Shown here: in pieces, positions 10,043 to 20,662 of the stretch
Layout: each line of letters starts with the position of its first letter
How positions within the stretch are numbered: position 1 is the stretch's first letter
NCBI GenBank assembly: GCA_963665095.1
Contig: OY762069.1
Coordinates: forward strand, 2,752,001-2,816,000
DNA: 64,000 nucleotides
Source of the DNA: an uncultured Desulfobacter sp.
GTDB lineage: Bacteria; Desulfobacterota; Desulfobacteria; Desulfobacterales; Desulfobacteraceae
Direction: 5' to 3'
Notes under the pieces: model-generated
Told to the model about the DNA's origin: nothing
What the model saw: the letters and a program-made list of their open reading frames with translations, nothing else
The model's database searches: none
Made by a program: the position numbers and the translations under genes

Positions 10043-12079
10043 CTAAAACCGATACCTGAAGGTTAATCCAAAGGTTCTTGGATCACCGTTTCTGCCCCAC
10101 CACTGACCATTCATTTCAAAAGCCCGGGTGGCATATGCCTGATCAAACAGGTTGTTGGCCCACACATAAACATCAAAACTGTCTGCCTCGTATCCGGCCT
10201 TTAAATCAACAATCTGATAGCTGTCCTGGGATTTTTCATTATCTGCCTCATAATAGATGGTGCCTGTGCCGTTGAGTTCGGCATTGACCATCCAATGCCC
10301 AAGGAAACGGTATGCTGCCCCCAGACCATAGGTATGGGACGGGGAGTTGGGGATATCCTTTCCTGAATAGTTTACACCGCCATTGGTATATTCATCAAAG
10401 GTGGCATCCACATACCCCAGGCTGCCGTACACCTCAAGCCCTGTAAGGGGGCGAAGGATCAGTTCTATTTCCAGGCCTTTGCTGGTGGCGCTAGCAGCAT
10501 TGTCTATGACGTAGTCAGGGTAAGACGGCTGTTCCACCTGGAGATCCTCCCAGTTAATGTAAAACAGCGCAGCATTGAGCTGGACCCGGTTATGGGCCAG
10601 TTCACTTTTAAAACCCAGTTCATAATTCCAGGTATATTCGGAATCATAGGCCTTTCCCGGATCTGATCCCAGGTTGAAGCCCCCGCTTTTAAACCCTTTG
10701 CTCACACTGGTATAGGGCCTGAAATGATCTGTTATATGATAGGTCAGGGCAAATTTTGGCAACAGGGCATCAAAATCTTTGTCAGAGGAGCCCGTACAAG
10801 GGGTGTAGCCCACCATTGCACCGCCCTTCCACTGGTAATCAAAATCTTTTTGTTCGTATTCATACCGTAAACCGGCCGTGACCACCCATTTTTTAATGGT
10901 GTAATCAATCTGTCCGAATAGAGCCGCACCAGTGCTGTCTGTATCACCGTATTGTTCGGCAGACACATTATAGGGAATGGCATCATATACAATGCTTTGA
11001 TCATCCTGTGATGAAAACAGGTACACACCGGTTGTCCATTTCCATGCCCCGGCGGACCGGGAATTTAACCGCAGTTCCTGGGTATAAAGTTTTCTGTCCA
11101 TGCCGCTCTTAAGCAAATATAAATCAGAGTCTGTGAAATCCACATCATTTCCATTGGTGGTATCACTGTTCAAGGCTGTGGTAATGGATGTCAGCCTGAC
11201 ATTTTCCATGTCAAAGGCAACTTTCAACGACACATTGGAAAAGTCCTTATCCACATAGCCGGAATCATTCACACTGACATCAAAATCACTGTCCTGGGTC
11301 TTGTCAAAGGTGGTGAACTCCGAATAGTTGGAATCATATTTTTGCAAATTGATTTTCAGGTCTGCGGTCAGTTTTTCACTGGGGGTGTAGCGCAAGGAGA
11401 TTCTGCCGTCATAGTTTTTCTTTTCATCCACTTCATCGTCATTGTCCACGGTATTGGTAAAATAACCGTCAGACCCCATATATCTTCCGGCCAGGCGAAG
11501 AAAAAGCTTGTCTTTGACAAGGGCGCCACCGCCAAAAAGCTCGGTTTCAAGGGTGTTATAATTGGCGTAGGACAAAGAAAGCCCACCGCTCCAAGGGTTT
11601 TCAGGGGCCCTGGTGATAATATTGATGACACCGGCTTCGGTGTTTTTCCCATACAAGGTGCCCTGGGGGCCACGCAGAACTTCAATGCGCTCTACATCCA
11701 TGAGGTTGATGTCTGCGGAAGGATAAAACACGTCATCCACAAAAAAACCAAACACATCACCACCGGTCATGAACGAAGAAATACCCCGGACCGATGCAAT
11801 ATTCTGGAACAGTCCCACAGGCCCCATTTTGGTCATGTGCATGTTGGGCATGCGCTGGAATAATTTTTCAGTTGTATCAATGGACCGGTCCAGGATCGCC
11901 ACGTCATCAATTACAGTGATGCTCATGGGGATTTCCTGGGCGTTCTCTTCTGTTTTATTGGCTGTAACCGTGATGCTGTCTATGGCCACCGGATCTTTTG
12001 AGTCCCCTGCTGTTGCACCGGTCCCGGAACTTAAAACCAGGCCGGCTGCAAGCATTACACAAAAAGCTTTACAATTCAT
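10043..12079 (-). CDS. TonB-dependent receptor
   Basis: TonB box DSITVTA, IEVLRGPQGTLYG, C-terminal YRF. Confidence 0.95.
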   Translation of the reverse strand: MNCKAFCVMLAAGLVLSSGTGATAGDSKDPVAIDSITVTANKTEENAQEIPMSITVIDDVAILDRSIDTTEKLFQRMPNMHMTKMGPVGLFQNIASVRGISSFMTGGDVFGFFVDDVFYPSADINLMDVERIEVLRGPQGTLYGKNTEAGVINIITRAPENPWSGGLSLSYANYNTLETELFGGGALVKDKLFLRLAGRYMGSDGYFTNTVDNDDEVDEKKNYDGRISLRYTPSEKLTADLKINLQKYDSNYSEFTTFDKTQDSDFDVSVNDSGYVDKDFSNVSLKVAFDMENVRLTSITTALNSDTTNGNDVDFTDSDLYLLKSGMDRKLYTQELRLNSRSAGAWKWTTGVYLFSSQDDQSIVYDAIPYNVSAEQYGDTDSTGAALFGQIDYTIKKWVVTAGLRYEYEQKDFDYQWKGGAMVGYTPCTGSSDKDFDALLPKFALTYHITDHFRPYTSVSKGFKSGGFNLGSDPGKAYDSEYTWNYELGFKSELAHNRVQLNAALFYINWEDLQVEQPSYPDYVIDNAASATSKGLEIELILRPLTGLEVYGSLGYVDATFDEYTNGGVNYSGKDIPNSPSHTYGLGAAYRFLGHWMVNAELNGTGTIYYEADNEKSQDSYQIVDLKAGYEADSFDVYVWANNLFDQAYATRAFEMNGQWWGRNGDPRTFGLTFRYRF

Positions 12080-12285
12080 CTCCCATCTCCTCTTCACTTA
12101 TCAGTTTACCGATATAAAATAAGCAAAAACTAACTCAAAAATAGAAAAAAGGGCGGGTATCCCGTGCAAACCCGCCGGTCATCTGCTGATCTTTTATGAA
12201 CCTATCCTATCCATACCATGGCAGGTAAAACACAGCCTTGTATCTAAGGGTTTGGTTTTGGTACCAACGGGGCAGTCATGAAGAG

Positions 12286-12441
12286 CTGATGGCGTCGTAA
12301 AAAGTCTCCACCTACTGCGTTATGGAGCCTGACCAGATGCTCGACATACTACATGTATGCCTTCACACCTGGCCAGCCCCCATGCCTTGTAGGGGAAGAT
12401 TTTTACTTAGCCATCGGTTGGACTTTTTACGGGATTATCAG
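12286..12441. repeat. MITE/REP-like element
   Basis: Terminal inverted repeats CTGATGGCGTCGTAAAAAGTC / GACTTTTTACGGGATTATCAG; internal palindrome CATAC..GTATG. Confidence 0.7.
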
Positions 12442-12476
12442 ATTTGATCCGGCCAGATTCTTCGTTGGCTCAGAAT

Positions 12477-12722
12477 TTAATGCTTTTGGTCGTCCTTGAT
12501 TTCCTGGAGGCCAAGTTTGTATTCGTGGTAGGATGGGACTTCATTTTCAATCCGGTTCGGGGCAGGACCGTTTTTCCATTGCTGTTCACTAACATTAATG
12601 TCATAGATCCCCTGGTAAATCTGCTCCGCCGAAATAAACTGTTTTTGTGAAACGCAGGAAGCCAATACCATGAGACCCATGAAAGCAAACAGTACAATTA
12701 TTTTTTTAAAAACGCAGGACAT
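12477..12722 (-). CDS. Small hypothetical lipoprotein
   Basis: Lipobox-like LASC; GGAGG RBS. Confidence 0.6.
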   Translation of the reverse strand: MSCVFKKIIVLFAFMGLMVLASCVSQKQFISAEQIYQGIYDINVSEQQWKNGPAPNRIENEVPSYHEYKLGLQEIKDDQKH

Positions 12723-12754
12723 GGCAGCCCTCCTTTTTTCTTTAAGGCATTGTG

Positions 12755-12991
12755 CTATTTATTTTTTTGCACTTCCTGGGTTTCAGGATCATTAAAATAT
12801 TCCATAATATCGCCGGGTTGGCAGTCCAGGTGACGACATATGGCATCAAGGGTTGAAAACCGGATGGCCTTAGCTTTACCTGTTTTCAAAATGGAAAGGT
12901 TTTGTGCCGTAATACCGATTTTTTCGGCCAGAGTGTTGGATTTAAGTTTACGCCGGGCCAGCATGACATCAAGGTTAATGCGAATGGTCAT
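12755..12991 (-). CDS. XRE/Cro family HTH regulator (YozG-like)
   Basis: NLSILKTGKAKAIRFSTL..CQPGDI. Confidence 0.9.
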   Translation of the reverse strand: MTIRINLDVMLARRKLKSNTLAEKIGITAQNLSILKTGKAKAIRFSTLDAICRHLDCQPGDIMEYFNDPETQEVQKNK

Positions 12992-13001
12992 AACGCCTCG
13001 C

Positions 13002-13559
13002 TTAAACAGTTAAACTGTGTTCTTCCTGTAACCGGCATCCCTCCTGCATCACCCGGGCAATGGTTGCCAGAATATATCCCACGATAAGCAGGGAGACATC
13101 CTGGCCTTCCAGGCCAATACTGATCATACGCTCCCCCTGGGGATGATGCAGGGTTAATATGACACTTAAAAGTGAATCGGTGATAATGTTTGCAACGCAA
13201 AACAGGATAAGCGTTCTGGATAGGGCCTGAAGACAGGTGACATTTTCGGATTGAAAAATCTGGCCTTCCTGGTACATCCGAAATAACCCGATCAATTTAA
13301 TGATACCGAAAATCGTTATCCCTGCCGGAACCATGGTTATGACAAACCCTGCCAAACGGGTTGACACGGGCAGTGGAAGCCGGACAAATTCAGGAAGTAT
13401 TTCCTGCTGAATCGGTCCTGGCAAATGGTTGATAAACAGCCAGATCAAGCAGACTGCCAGGGGAATAAACCCGCAGCATACTTTAAGGACCAATATAATC
13501 TTTCTGCTGGATTCACTGATGATCTCTTTATTCTTTGTTTTGCTGGAGCAAGTGTTCAT
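13002..13559 (-). CDS. DUF2975 family membrane protein
   Basis: Four TM segments, C-terminal LQEEHSLTV; the usual partner of YozG-like HTH genes. Confidence 0.85.
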   Translation of the reverse strand: MNTCSSKTKNKEIISESSRKIILVLKVCCGFIPLAVCLIWLFINHLPGPIQQEILPEFVRLPLPVSTRLAGFVITMVPAGITIFGIIKLIGLFRMYQEGQIFQSENVTCLQALSRTLILFCVANIITDSLLSVILTLHHPQGERMISIGLEGQDVSLLIVGYILATIARVMQEGCRLQEEHSLTV

Positions 13560-13773
13560 AAGAATGTTTCCTTTTTCGATAAATATTGTTCATGCTTGGG
13601 TTCCTTTTAGCACAGATCTAAAACGAAAAACAATAAGAAATTATCGAAAAACAATAAAAATCACAATTACAAAATAGATTAACTCAATTTTATAACGGCC
13701 ACGGGCCGACCTGACACATCAGCTGCCAGGCTCCGGAACTCATTGAAACTTTGGTATAAAATGATCCGGCAAT

Positions 13774-14190
13774 TTATTCAGTAAATTTTTCCATTGCCTG
13801 TGACGTTGTAAATACAGCCATTCCTGTTTTCATAGCTCCAAACCCCAGTTTTTTATAAAAACCTTCCATGCCGGGGGTTGCATAAAGAATGATATTACAA
13901 CCCGGAAGTTGATCTAAAATGGTTTGAATTATAATTTTGCCAATCCCTTTTCCCTGGGCTTCGGGCAAGACAGCAACGTCATAAATTGCACCTTGATATT
14001 CACCATCGGATATTGCCCTTCCAAAACCGATCAACTGCGATTTTTCAAAAATAAAGACCGTTGAATGACTGGCTTCAAAAGCTCTTTTATGGACTTCGGG
14101 TTCATGGTAAGCCATTCCGACTTCTTTTAGTAAGGCAGATACAAGTTGCCAATCAATTTCAAAGCAATCCGTTTTTATTTTTAGTTCCAT
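13774..14190 (-). CDS. GNAT family N-acetyltransferase
   Basis: DVAVLPEAQGKGIG, FYKKLGF. Confidence 0.92.
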   Translation of the reverse strand: MELKIKTDCFEIDWQLVSALLKEVGMAYHEPEVHKRAFEASHSTVFIFEKSQLIGFGRAISDGEYQGAIYDVAVLPEAQGKGIGKIIIQTILDQLPGCNIILYATPGMEGFYKKLGFGAMKTGMAVFTTSQAMEKFTE

Positions 14191-14263
14191 GTTTTATACT
14201 AGTGTATAATTTCTTAGCATAATTATTATAAACAGCCTTCACGCTTTTTTTTGTCAGATGGGT

Positions 14264-14896
14264 TCATTTATTTGATGATGTTGCAAGCAATGCCCCAAAC
14301 CCGACAAATAAAGTTCCGCTTATTCTATTGACTATTCTGATTCGTCCAGGTTTTGATATCCATCCTTTAGCGCGATCCGCCACCATCGAGTACAACAATA
14401 AAAAGGAAAATGAAAAAGCCATCAGTATTGCTATAAGAGCTGAAAACTGAGGATACAATGAGCTTTTATGGTTTATGAACTGGGGGAACAAAGCCGTAAG
14501 AAAAACAATCGCCTTTGGATTACTGACTGCCACTAAAAAAGCCTGGAAAAATAACTTTTGGGACGAAATACTTTTTCCCCCGGATAATTCATTACAAATT
14601 TCAAGGGCTGTATGTTTTTGAAAAATCATTTTGAGTCCCAAATAAATTAGATATGAGGCACCCAAATATTTTACAATACTATATACGAGAACGGACATTT
14701 TCAGTATGGCCCCAAGGCCTGTAATGGCGATAACGCCTAAACAGAACAAGCCAACGATATTTCCGAGTGCAGCAAATATGGTCTTCTTCCACCCGTACAA
14801 CAACGAATTTGTGGTGATAAAAAGTACGGCAGGCCCAGGTGTTGCCGTGGCTGCGAAAACGAATGTTAAATACACTATCCATAAATGAACTGTCAT
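14264..14896 (-). CDS. LysE/RhtB family translocator
   Basis: TPGP, SNPKAIVF and LFPQF motifs. Confidence 0.92.
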   Translation of the reverse strand: MTVHLWIVYLTFVFAATATPGPAVLFITTNSLLYGWKKTIFAALGNIVGLFCLGVIAITGLGAILKMSVLVYSIVKYLGASYLIYLGLKMIFQKHTALEICNELSGGKSISSQKLFFQAFLVAVSNPKAIVFLTALFPQFINHKSSLYPQFSALIAILMAFSFSFLLLYSMVADRAKGWISKPGRIRIVNRISGTLFVGFGALLATSSNK

Positions 14897-15233
14897 TATG
14901 TTTTTCCTCTCCTTAAGAATCATTTCCGGGGAATAACGACTCACCCTGGATACGGTGTCTGCTTATGTTCTTTTTTAAACCATGCCGCCGCAAATCCAAT
15001 AACTAAAGCAGAAAATAACTTTTAAAACTACAGCAATTTTTGAAAAATTCAAAATATATTTTCTTACATCGTTTTCGCTAAAGTCCATATGGAATAAAAA
15101 TAAAAAAAGCATTTATTAGTTTTTCGGAGTTGTGCCACCAAATAATTCTAAAAACTTGAAATGGTAGGAATCGAAAATCCTGTGATACACGTAATATTGC
15201 TCGCCGGTTTGGGGATTTAAAAAGTGTGGAAGT

Positions 15234-15297
15234 ACAGGGATAGTCCGGGGACGCTGGCCGACCGGAAAACGGGACCTGGCTGAAGGGTAGTCTTCAC
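15234..15297 (+). repeat. Module-boundary repeat R1
   Basis: ACAGGGATAGTCCGGGG ... TAGTCTTCAC; core shared with 16055, 18538 and 20446. Confidence 0.8.
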
Positions 15298-15454
15298 CTC
15301 CCAAAAACTCAGTTTGATCTTACCAACATATATAATGCAGAAAAAACGACCCAAAGTACGCCTGTGAAAAATTAAAATCATGAGGTATATTAAAAAAGAG
15401 AGGTTTTTGCGGTATCATTACCGAAAACGGTTAACATAAAGACAGGACGTTGCA

Positions 15455-15703
15455 ATGCCGGAAATTACGAGGTTTTACGGAATCATTATCAAACTTTTTT
15501 TTGGGGACCATCCACCACCACGCTTTCATGCTGTGTATGGTGAATACCTCGCACTTTTCGATATCAACTCTTTAAACGTGATTGAAGGGGATCTTCCGCC
15601 AAGGGCCAGAAAATTAGTTTTGGAATGGGCTGAAAAATATCAGGCTGAATTAAAGACAATCTGGGAAACTCAAGAATTTAAAAAATTACCACCTTTGGAG
15701 TGA
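15455..15703 (+). CDS. DUF4160 family protein (putative toxin, HicA-like fold)
   Basis: MPEITRFYGIII..DHPPPRFHA..EWA signature. Confidence 0.88.
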   Translation: MPEITRFYGIIIKLFFGDHPPPRFHAVYGEYLALFDINSLNVIEGDLPPRARKLVLEWAEKYQAELKTIWETQEFKKLPPLE

Positions 15704-15972
15704 TTTTAAAAATGATTGTACCTAAAATAAAAACTGCAGTCGTGGCAGATCAAAATACTCTCGTTATTACGTTTGTTAACGAAGAGGTAAAAAAATACAA
15801 TATCAGCAAGCTGTTAACTAATGAAATGTTTTCACCTCTTAAAAATCAGGCATTTTTTAGAAATGTTAAAGTGGAGCCAGGCGGATATGCTGTATATTGG
15901 AATGATATGATTGATATTAGTGAATATGAATTATGGAAAAACGGAATTTCGGAAAACCCTTCAAACGCCTAA
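15700..15972 (+). CDS. DUF2442 family protein (putative antitoxin)
   Basis: F.PLK...FF..V.V..GG.AV.W..IDI; coupled to the DUF4160 gene. Confidence 0.85.
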   Translation: MILKMIVPKIKTAVVADQNTLVITFVNEEVKKYNISKLLTNEMFSPLKNQAFFRNVKVEPGGYAVYWNDMIDISEYELWKNGISENPSNA

Positions 15973-16054
15973 TTACTTCTAACAATTAGTTTCCTGAACA
16001 GAGAGCCATCAATGACACAATCAGATTTATAATGTTTTTCAACACACCTGAATT

Positions 16055-16239
16055 ACAGGGAAAGTCCGGGGTGATTTTCACCTGGAAGATGGTCTTTGTC
16101 TTAGAGGTAGTCTGCTCTTTTGAAAAAAGCGAGCCCTACCAGTTGCAAAGTTCACTGTCGTCGGGTTCAACCCCCTGATTATTTTTTGGGGAATTGATCG
16201 CTGTATTCAAAATTTTGCAGGTCCGGTTAAATAGACATA
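16055..16239 (+). repeat. 185-bp direct repeat, copy 1 (R2)
   Basis: One mismatch versus 20446-20630. Confidence 0.95.
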
Positions 16240-16273
16240 GTCAACACCCAACTTCAACTATCCGTAATGCTTG

Positions 16274-16891
16274 TCAATCTAAGAGTTCACTTGCTAATTC
16301 TTTCAGGAGCCGATCTGCCCACGGAGATGCTTCCAGGATCTTTTGAGGATCTATATTTTCAAGAATACTAAATGAATGTGCACCTTTACCGTATCGTCCT
16401 TTTTGGGTGGCACTGGTTGCAGATTTGAGTCCATCGAATATATCGTCTTTTGAGATCACTTCAATCTTGGTTTGTTTCGGCAGGGCATTTTTATTAAAAT
16501 TTTGTCCAAAAAATTTTATCAGAGTTTCTTTGTCAGCTAAAAACCATGATTCCATGACCTGAACCATTAGGTGGGCTTGACGCTCTGACGCGTTCTCCGG
16601 TTTATCCCAATCGTCCCTTTGTTTTAAGTGGGACCATGGTCTATCCATATGTTGAGTGTTGACTGAAGATTCAGCATCAACCAACAGGAAAGCCATATCA
16701 CCATCTTTAGAAAAATTAACTGCGGTACAAAAATCATCGAATGCATTTTGTCGACTCCCACATGCAATGAGCTTGGGCATGTGTCCTTTAAATCCTGCTT
16801 TTTCAAAAAATTTGGAAAATGCTTTTCTACAGGCTGTTTTTAATTTTTTCTGATCTCCTCCGCCCTCTATATATATTTTTACTTGCCCCAT
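16274..16891 (-). CDS. DUF4276 family TOPRIM-like protein
   Basis: IYIEGGG, LLVDAE and MESWFLAD motifs. Confidence 0.82.
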   Translation of the reverse strand: MGQVKIYIEGGGDQKKLKTACRKAFSKFFEKAGFKGHMPKLIACGSRQNAFDDFCTAVNFSKDGDMAFLLVDAESSVNTQHMDRPWSHLKQRDDWDKPENASERQAHLMVQVMESWFLADKETLIKFFGQNFNKNALPKQTKIEVISKDDIFDGLKSATSATQKGRYGKGAHSFSILENIDPQKILEASPWADRLLKELASELLD

Positions 16892-16896
16892 TATCT

Positions 16897-18072
16897 CTAC
16901 CAGCGATTACCGCCGATCTCCCCTTTCCGCCATAATTCTCCCAAAGAGTACTTTTCCAGCCAAGCTTTCAGATCTATGGACTCCAAACGCTGTAAGCGAG
17001 TCCGCCCTTCCCGTTTTTCACATACGAGAACTGTTTCTGGCGTTTCTGTTAATTCATCCACCAAGGCTTCAGAATGTGTGGTCACTATCAACTGAGTACG
17101 GTTGGATGCTTCTTTCAAAAGGTTAGCAATGATCGGGATGATATCGGTATGGATACCGAGTTCTGGTTCTTCAATGCATATCAACGGTGGTGGTGAGGGG
17201 TGACACAGGATAGCTAACAAGCAGAGGAATCTCAATGTTCCATCGGAAAGGCGTGTCGCAGGAATTGAAAAATCGCCTTCTGTTAGAAATAGTTGGACGC
17301 TTCCTCCCTCTATGCTTACATCAAAGTCTTCAATTCCTTCATAGAAATCATTAAGTAAATTTATGATTTGGCGCTTTACTTTGGGATTTCTTTTAAAATT
17401 GTTCAAAACTAAGCCTAAATTACGGCAGTCCGGTTCAAGATATTCATTGGGGGCATCTATATCCTGCGGTAACCGTAACAATGCCTGACGGCCAAAAGTC
17501 CATTCCCTATATATACGTATTTTTTTAAGCTGTTCTCCCAACCAGGTCAATTCCGGATACTGATCTGGGTCTTTTCTCTGTGAAAGAATCGATTGTTCCG
17601 GATCTATGGTTTCACGTTGCAGCGTTCGTCTTTCTTGCTTGATGTTGATCACAGGGTAATTATTCTCATATTTATAATAAAAATATGGAATTTCCTCTCC
17701 TGGGTTGGGTTCAGAATTTTCTATGACCTCATCAAAAACTTCAAATCTCTGATTAACGGCGGTGAAATGCATAGCGTGACGCAGTAATTTCCCACTCCGG
17801 ATATAATCTTCGCACACCAAGTTTGTTTCTATTTTTGCTATTGGATCACTCTCTCCTTTCCAGAGCCAATCCTTAGTGCCTCCGCCTTTCCGGATGGCTT
17901 GCTTCAAATCTGTCGGCATGGCTTGGAATAGACTGATAATTTCTATCAGGTTAGACTTACCTGAACCATTAGGTCCGATTATCACGTTCAGTGCTTCCAG
18001 AGGAATATTTCCGTCTGAGCCAAATGAAAGAGTATTCTCTATGGATAATTCTTTTATAAATATTTTTCCCAT
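16897..18072 (-). CDS. AAA_21-type ABC ATPase
   Basis: GPNGSGKS, LSDGT, IEEPELGIH and TTHS motifs. Confidence 0.9.
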   Translation of the reverse strand: MGKIFIKELSIENTLSFGSDGNIPLEALNVIIGPNGSGKSNLIEIISLFQAMPTDLKQAIRKGGGTKDWLWKGESDPIAKIETNLVCEDYIRSGKLLRHAMHFTAVNQRFEVFDEVIENSEPNPGEEIPYFYYKYENNYPVINIKQERRTLQRETIDPEQSILSQRKDPDQYPELTWLGEQLKKIRIYREWTFGRQALLRLPQDIDAPNEYLEPDCRNLGLVLNNFKRNPKVKRQIINLLNDFYEGIEDFDVSIEGGSVQLFLTEGDFSIPATRLSDGTLRFLCLLAILCHPSPPPLICIEEPELGIHTDIIPIIANLLKEASNRTQLIVTTHSEALVDELTETPETVLVCEKREGRTRLQRLESIDLKAWLEKYSLGELWRKGEIGGNRW

Positions 18073-18537
18073 AAATTAATCCAAATCAAAAAATTAATTG
18101 ACAAACTTTGGTCAAACATAAACTTACACATCACCTAAATCAACTCATTTATACTGTTTTACTCCATTTTAGCAGTCGGTTGGTGAAATATTCTGAACCC
18201 GCTCTATAGAAACTTACTTTCTTCGGTAAATTTTTCATCATGAAGTGAATCAACCATGCTTGTATAACCTTTACCTCACCCCAAGTGTGTACTTATGGTA
18301 TCATTGAAGGTCGAAACCCTTGTTAACAAAAGCGTTCAATCCTTTTTCCAGTCCTTCAGCTACCCACAATTATAGGGCGAGCTATAGCGTTTGTAGTCTC
18401 CATATCCTTATCATAAAGGCCTGGCACAAGATATGGTATTTTCAATTGACAAACCATAGCGCAGTGATCGGCGCAGGACCGAGTCGTTCAATGTGGATTA
18501 AAAAATGTTTTGGGTGTGCTGTGAAAAGCCCGGAGTG

Positions 18538-18602
18538 ACAGGGATAGTCCGGGGTGCCCTTCTATTTAAAAAAACGGATATCATCAGACGAATAGTCTTC
18601 AC
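18538..18602 (+). repeat. Module-boundary repeat R3
   Basis: ACAGGGATAGTCCGGGG ... TAGTCTTCAC. Confidence 0.8.
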
Positions 18603-18748
18603 TGTCCAGATAATTTCTTGACTGGCAAAATCAAAGACATTCATGTAAAAAGTTCTGAATCTCCTTTCATGATGTATTGTTGGTAAAGAGGCAACAGTTT
18701 TGATGAACTTAAGGGGCTTTAATCAGAATTAGAGTACTCTATTAATGG

Positions 18749-19678
18749 ATGAATATGGGACCAATTTCAAAAAAAATTATTGCTGGGCTGAAAAAAGCAA
18801 AAAACAAAAAAATAATAAATTTCAAGGAGTTAAAAGAAGCCAAGACACACGCGGAAAATCTTGAAAAAACGATCATATCAAAAGAAGATCTGGGCAAACA
18901 TGATCCTATCCATGCTATGTATATTTATGCCCAAAATAAAGTATCAGTTCTCGTCGAACAGCTATCCGGCTTATCGGCTGTGTCAAAATTAACAAACATT
19001 TTAGAGCAAGCTGATGAGACTTATATGCCCTCCTTTCCGCCTCAAAGTCCAGTTACACAATCGTACTTCACATGCTGGGGATTTTTTGATCTTTCCGTAG
19101 GGATTAAAAAAGAATCATTTGGCACGATACTCCTCGACGTTTTACGGACAATCAAAGCAGATCCAGGATTGATTACAATAATTGAGTGTATGCAAAGTTC
19201 AAGGATGGGGATATTTGTCCATAAGGGAATCCAGGATCGATATGTTATTTTAGAAGAACTAATTACCGGGGAAGAACATAAACTGATAGTTCCGAGCGGT
19301 TACCAGGGAAAAAAAGATGACATATGGTATGTTAGGGTGATGCCTGCTCCATTTCCGGAGCTGAATTATGGGTATTCTGTCGCATTTACCACCCCGTATA
19401 TTATTGTCGATTTGAATGGTCAGATTGGGGCTTCAGCTAACCGCGAGAATTGGGAAGCGTTTTTTGACCGGAACCTGAAAGCATCAAATGATAAAGACCG
19501 AATAAATGCATATGAATCCTTTATGAAACATGGAGAAAACAAGTTCTATTGGAACGAATATATCATTGAAGGATATGTTAATTATCAGTCGGATATAATT
19601 TTTCTTGCAGGTTTCCCAGATATCCCTTTGAGCATGCCCCTTTCCGTCGAAAGTCAGAAAGAACGGGGAGAGTTGTAA
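18749..19678 (+). CDS. Hypothetical protein
   Basis: 309-aa AT-rich ORF; no motif recognised. Confidence 0.75.
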   Translation: MNMGPISKKIIAGLKKAKNKKIINFKELKEAKTHAENLEKTIISKEDLGKHDPIHAMYIYAQNKVSVLVEQLSGLSAVSKLTNILEQADETYMPSFPPQSPVTQSYFTCWGFFDLSVGIKKESFGTILLDVLRTIKADPGLITIIECMQSSRMGIFVHKGIQDRYVILEELITGEEHKLIVPSGYQGKKDDIWYVRVMPAPFPELNYGYSVAFTTPYIIVDLNGQIGASANRENWEAFFDRNLKASNDKDRINAYESFMKHGENKFYWNEYIIEGYVNYQSDIIFLAGFPDIPLSMPLSVESQKERGEL

Positions 19679-19744
19679 CGATGAGAACTATAAACAGAAC
19701 AGCAATCACTATCATCCCCAAACAACCATACAAGGAGTAGTGGA

Positions 19745-20401
19745 ATGCCCAAGAAGAGGAAAATAAGAAAGATTCATGCTTCTTCAAGAAAAAACAGTGC
19801 ACAACAACTTAAGATCCTCGAATATGACATATCATATGATCCTATACAAGATAAAAATTACAATAAGTTACCAGACCACATAAAGGATAAAATTGATAAC
19901 TTTTATTATTTGATACAGAAAAATCCTGATCCAGCAACAATTTCTGATTTAGAAAGTTTAATAGAAAAATTTCCCAGCGTCCCGATGCTATATAATTATC
20001 TTAGCGTAGCATACTCTCGTTTAAAAAATAGGGAAAAAATTTTAGAGATTGTCGAGAAAAATTATCGTATGAATCCTGATTATTTATTCGCTCGTTTAAA
20101 CTATGCAGAAGTTTGTATCCAGAACGGTGATTATGAAAAAATAGCGGAGATATTTGATCATAAATTCGACTTGCAATTACTTTACCCAAAACGGAAAAAA
20201 TTTCATATATCAGAAGTTGCAAATTTCATGGGGATTATGGGGGTCTATTTTTTTAGAATGGACAAGCGAGAAATAGCTGAAAACCATTATAAAATTCTTG
20301 CAGAAATAGCTGATGATTACCCGATAACAAAAAAACTACATAAACAATTGCATCCTGGTTTTTTAAAACGAATGATTAAAAGTATGATCGGGAAGCATTA
20401 A
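19745..20401 (+). CDS. Hypothetical TPR-like protein
   Basis: Helical repeats (LYNYLSVAY, NPDYLFARLNYA); AAGGAG RBS. Confidence 0.75.
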   Translation: MPKKRKIRKIHASSRKNSAQQLKILEYDISYDPIQDKNYNKLPDHIKDKIDNFYYLIQKNPDPATISDLESLIEKFPSVPMLYNYLSVAYSRLKNREKILEIVEKNYRMNPDYLFARLNYAEVCIQNGDYEKIAEIFDHKFDLQLLYPKRKKFHISEVANFMGIMGVYFFRMDKREIAENHYKILAEIADDYPITKKLHKQLHPGFLKRMIKSMIGKH

Positions 20402-20445
20402 CAAATTACTGTAAAATCATAGGCTATTTGATGTATTCCTGATTA

Positions 20446-20630
20446 ACAGGGAAAGTCCGGGGTAATTTTCACCTGGAAGATGGTCTTTGTCTTAGAGGTA
20501 GTCTGCTCTTTTGAAAAAAGCGAGCCCTACCAGTTGCAAAGTTCACTGTCGTCGGGTTCAACCCCCTGATTATTTTTTGGGGAATTGATCGCTGTATTCA
20601 AAATTTTGCAGGTCCGGTTAAATAGACATA
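20446..20630 (+). repeat. 185-bp direct repeat, copy 2 (R4)
   Basis: One mismatch versus 16055-16239. Confidence 0.95.
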
Positions 20631-20662
20631 TCTGTCGCCATGCTATTCCTCAATAATTTTGA

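Noticed and set aside
13695..13716. IS21-like end remnant (..GGCCGACCTGACA)
   Set aside because: Similarity is limited to about 7 terminal bases and there is no partner end.
15234..20630. CRISPR or canonical attC interpretation of the four repeats
   Set aside because: Spacing is 0.8-2.5 kb, there are no cas genes, and the repeats lack RYYYAAC/GTTRRRY boxes.
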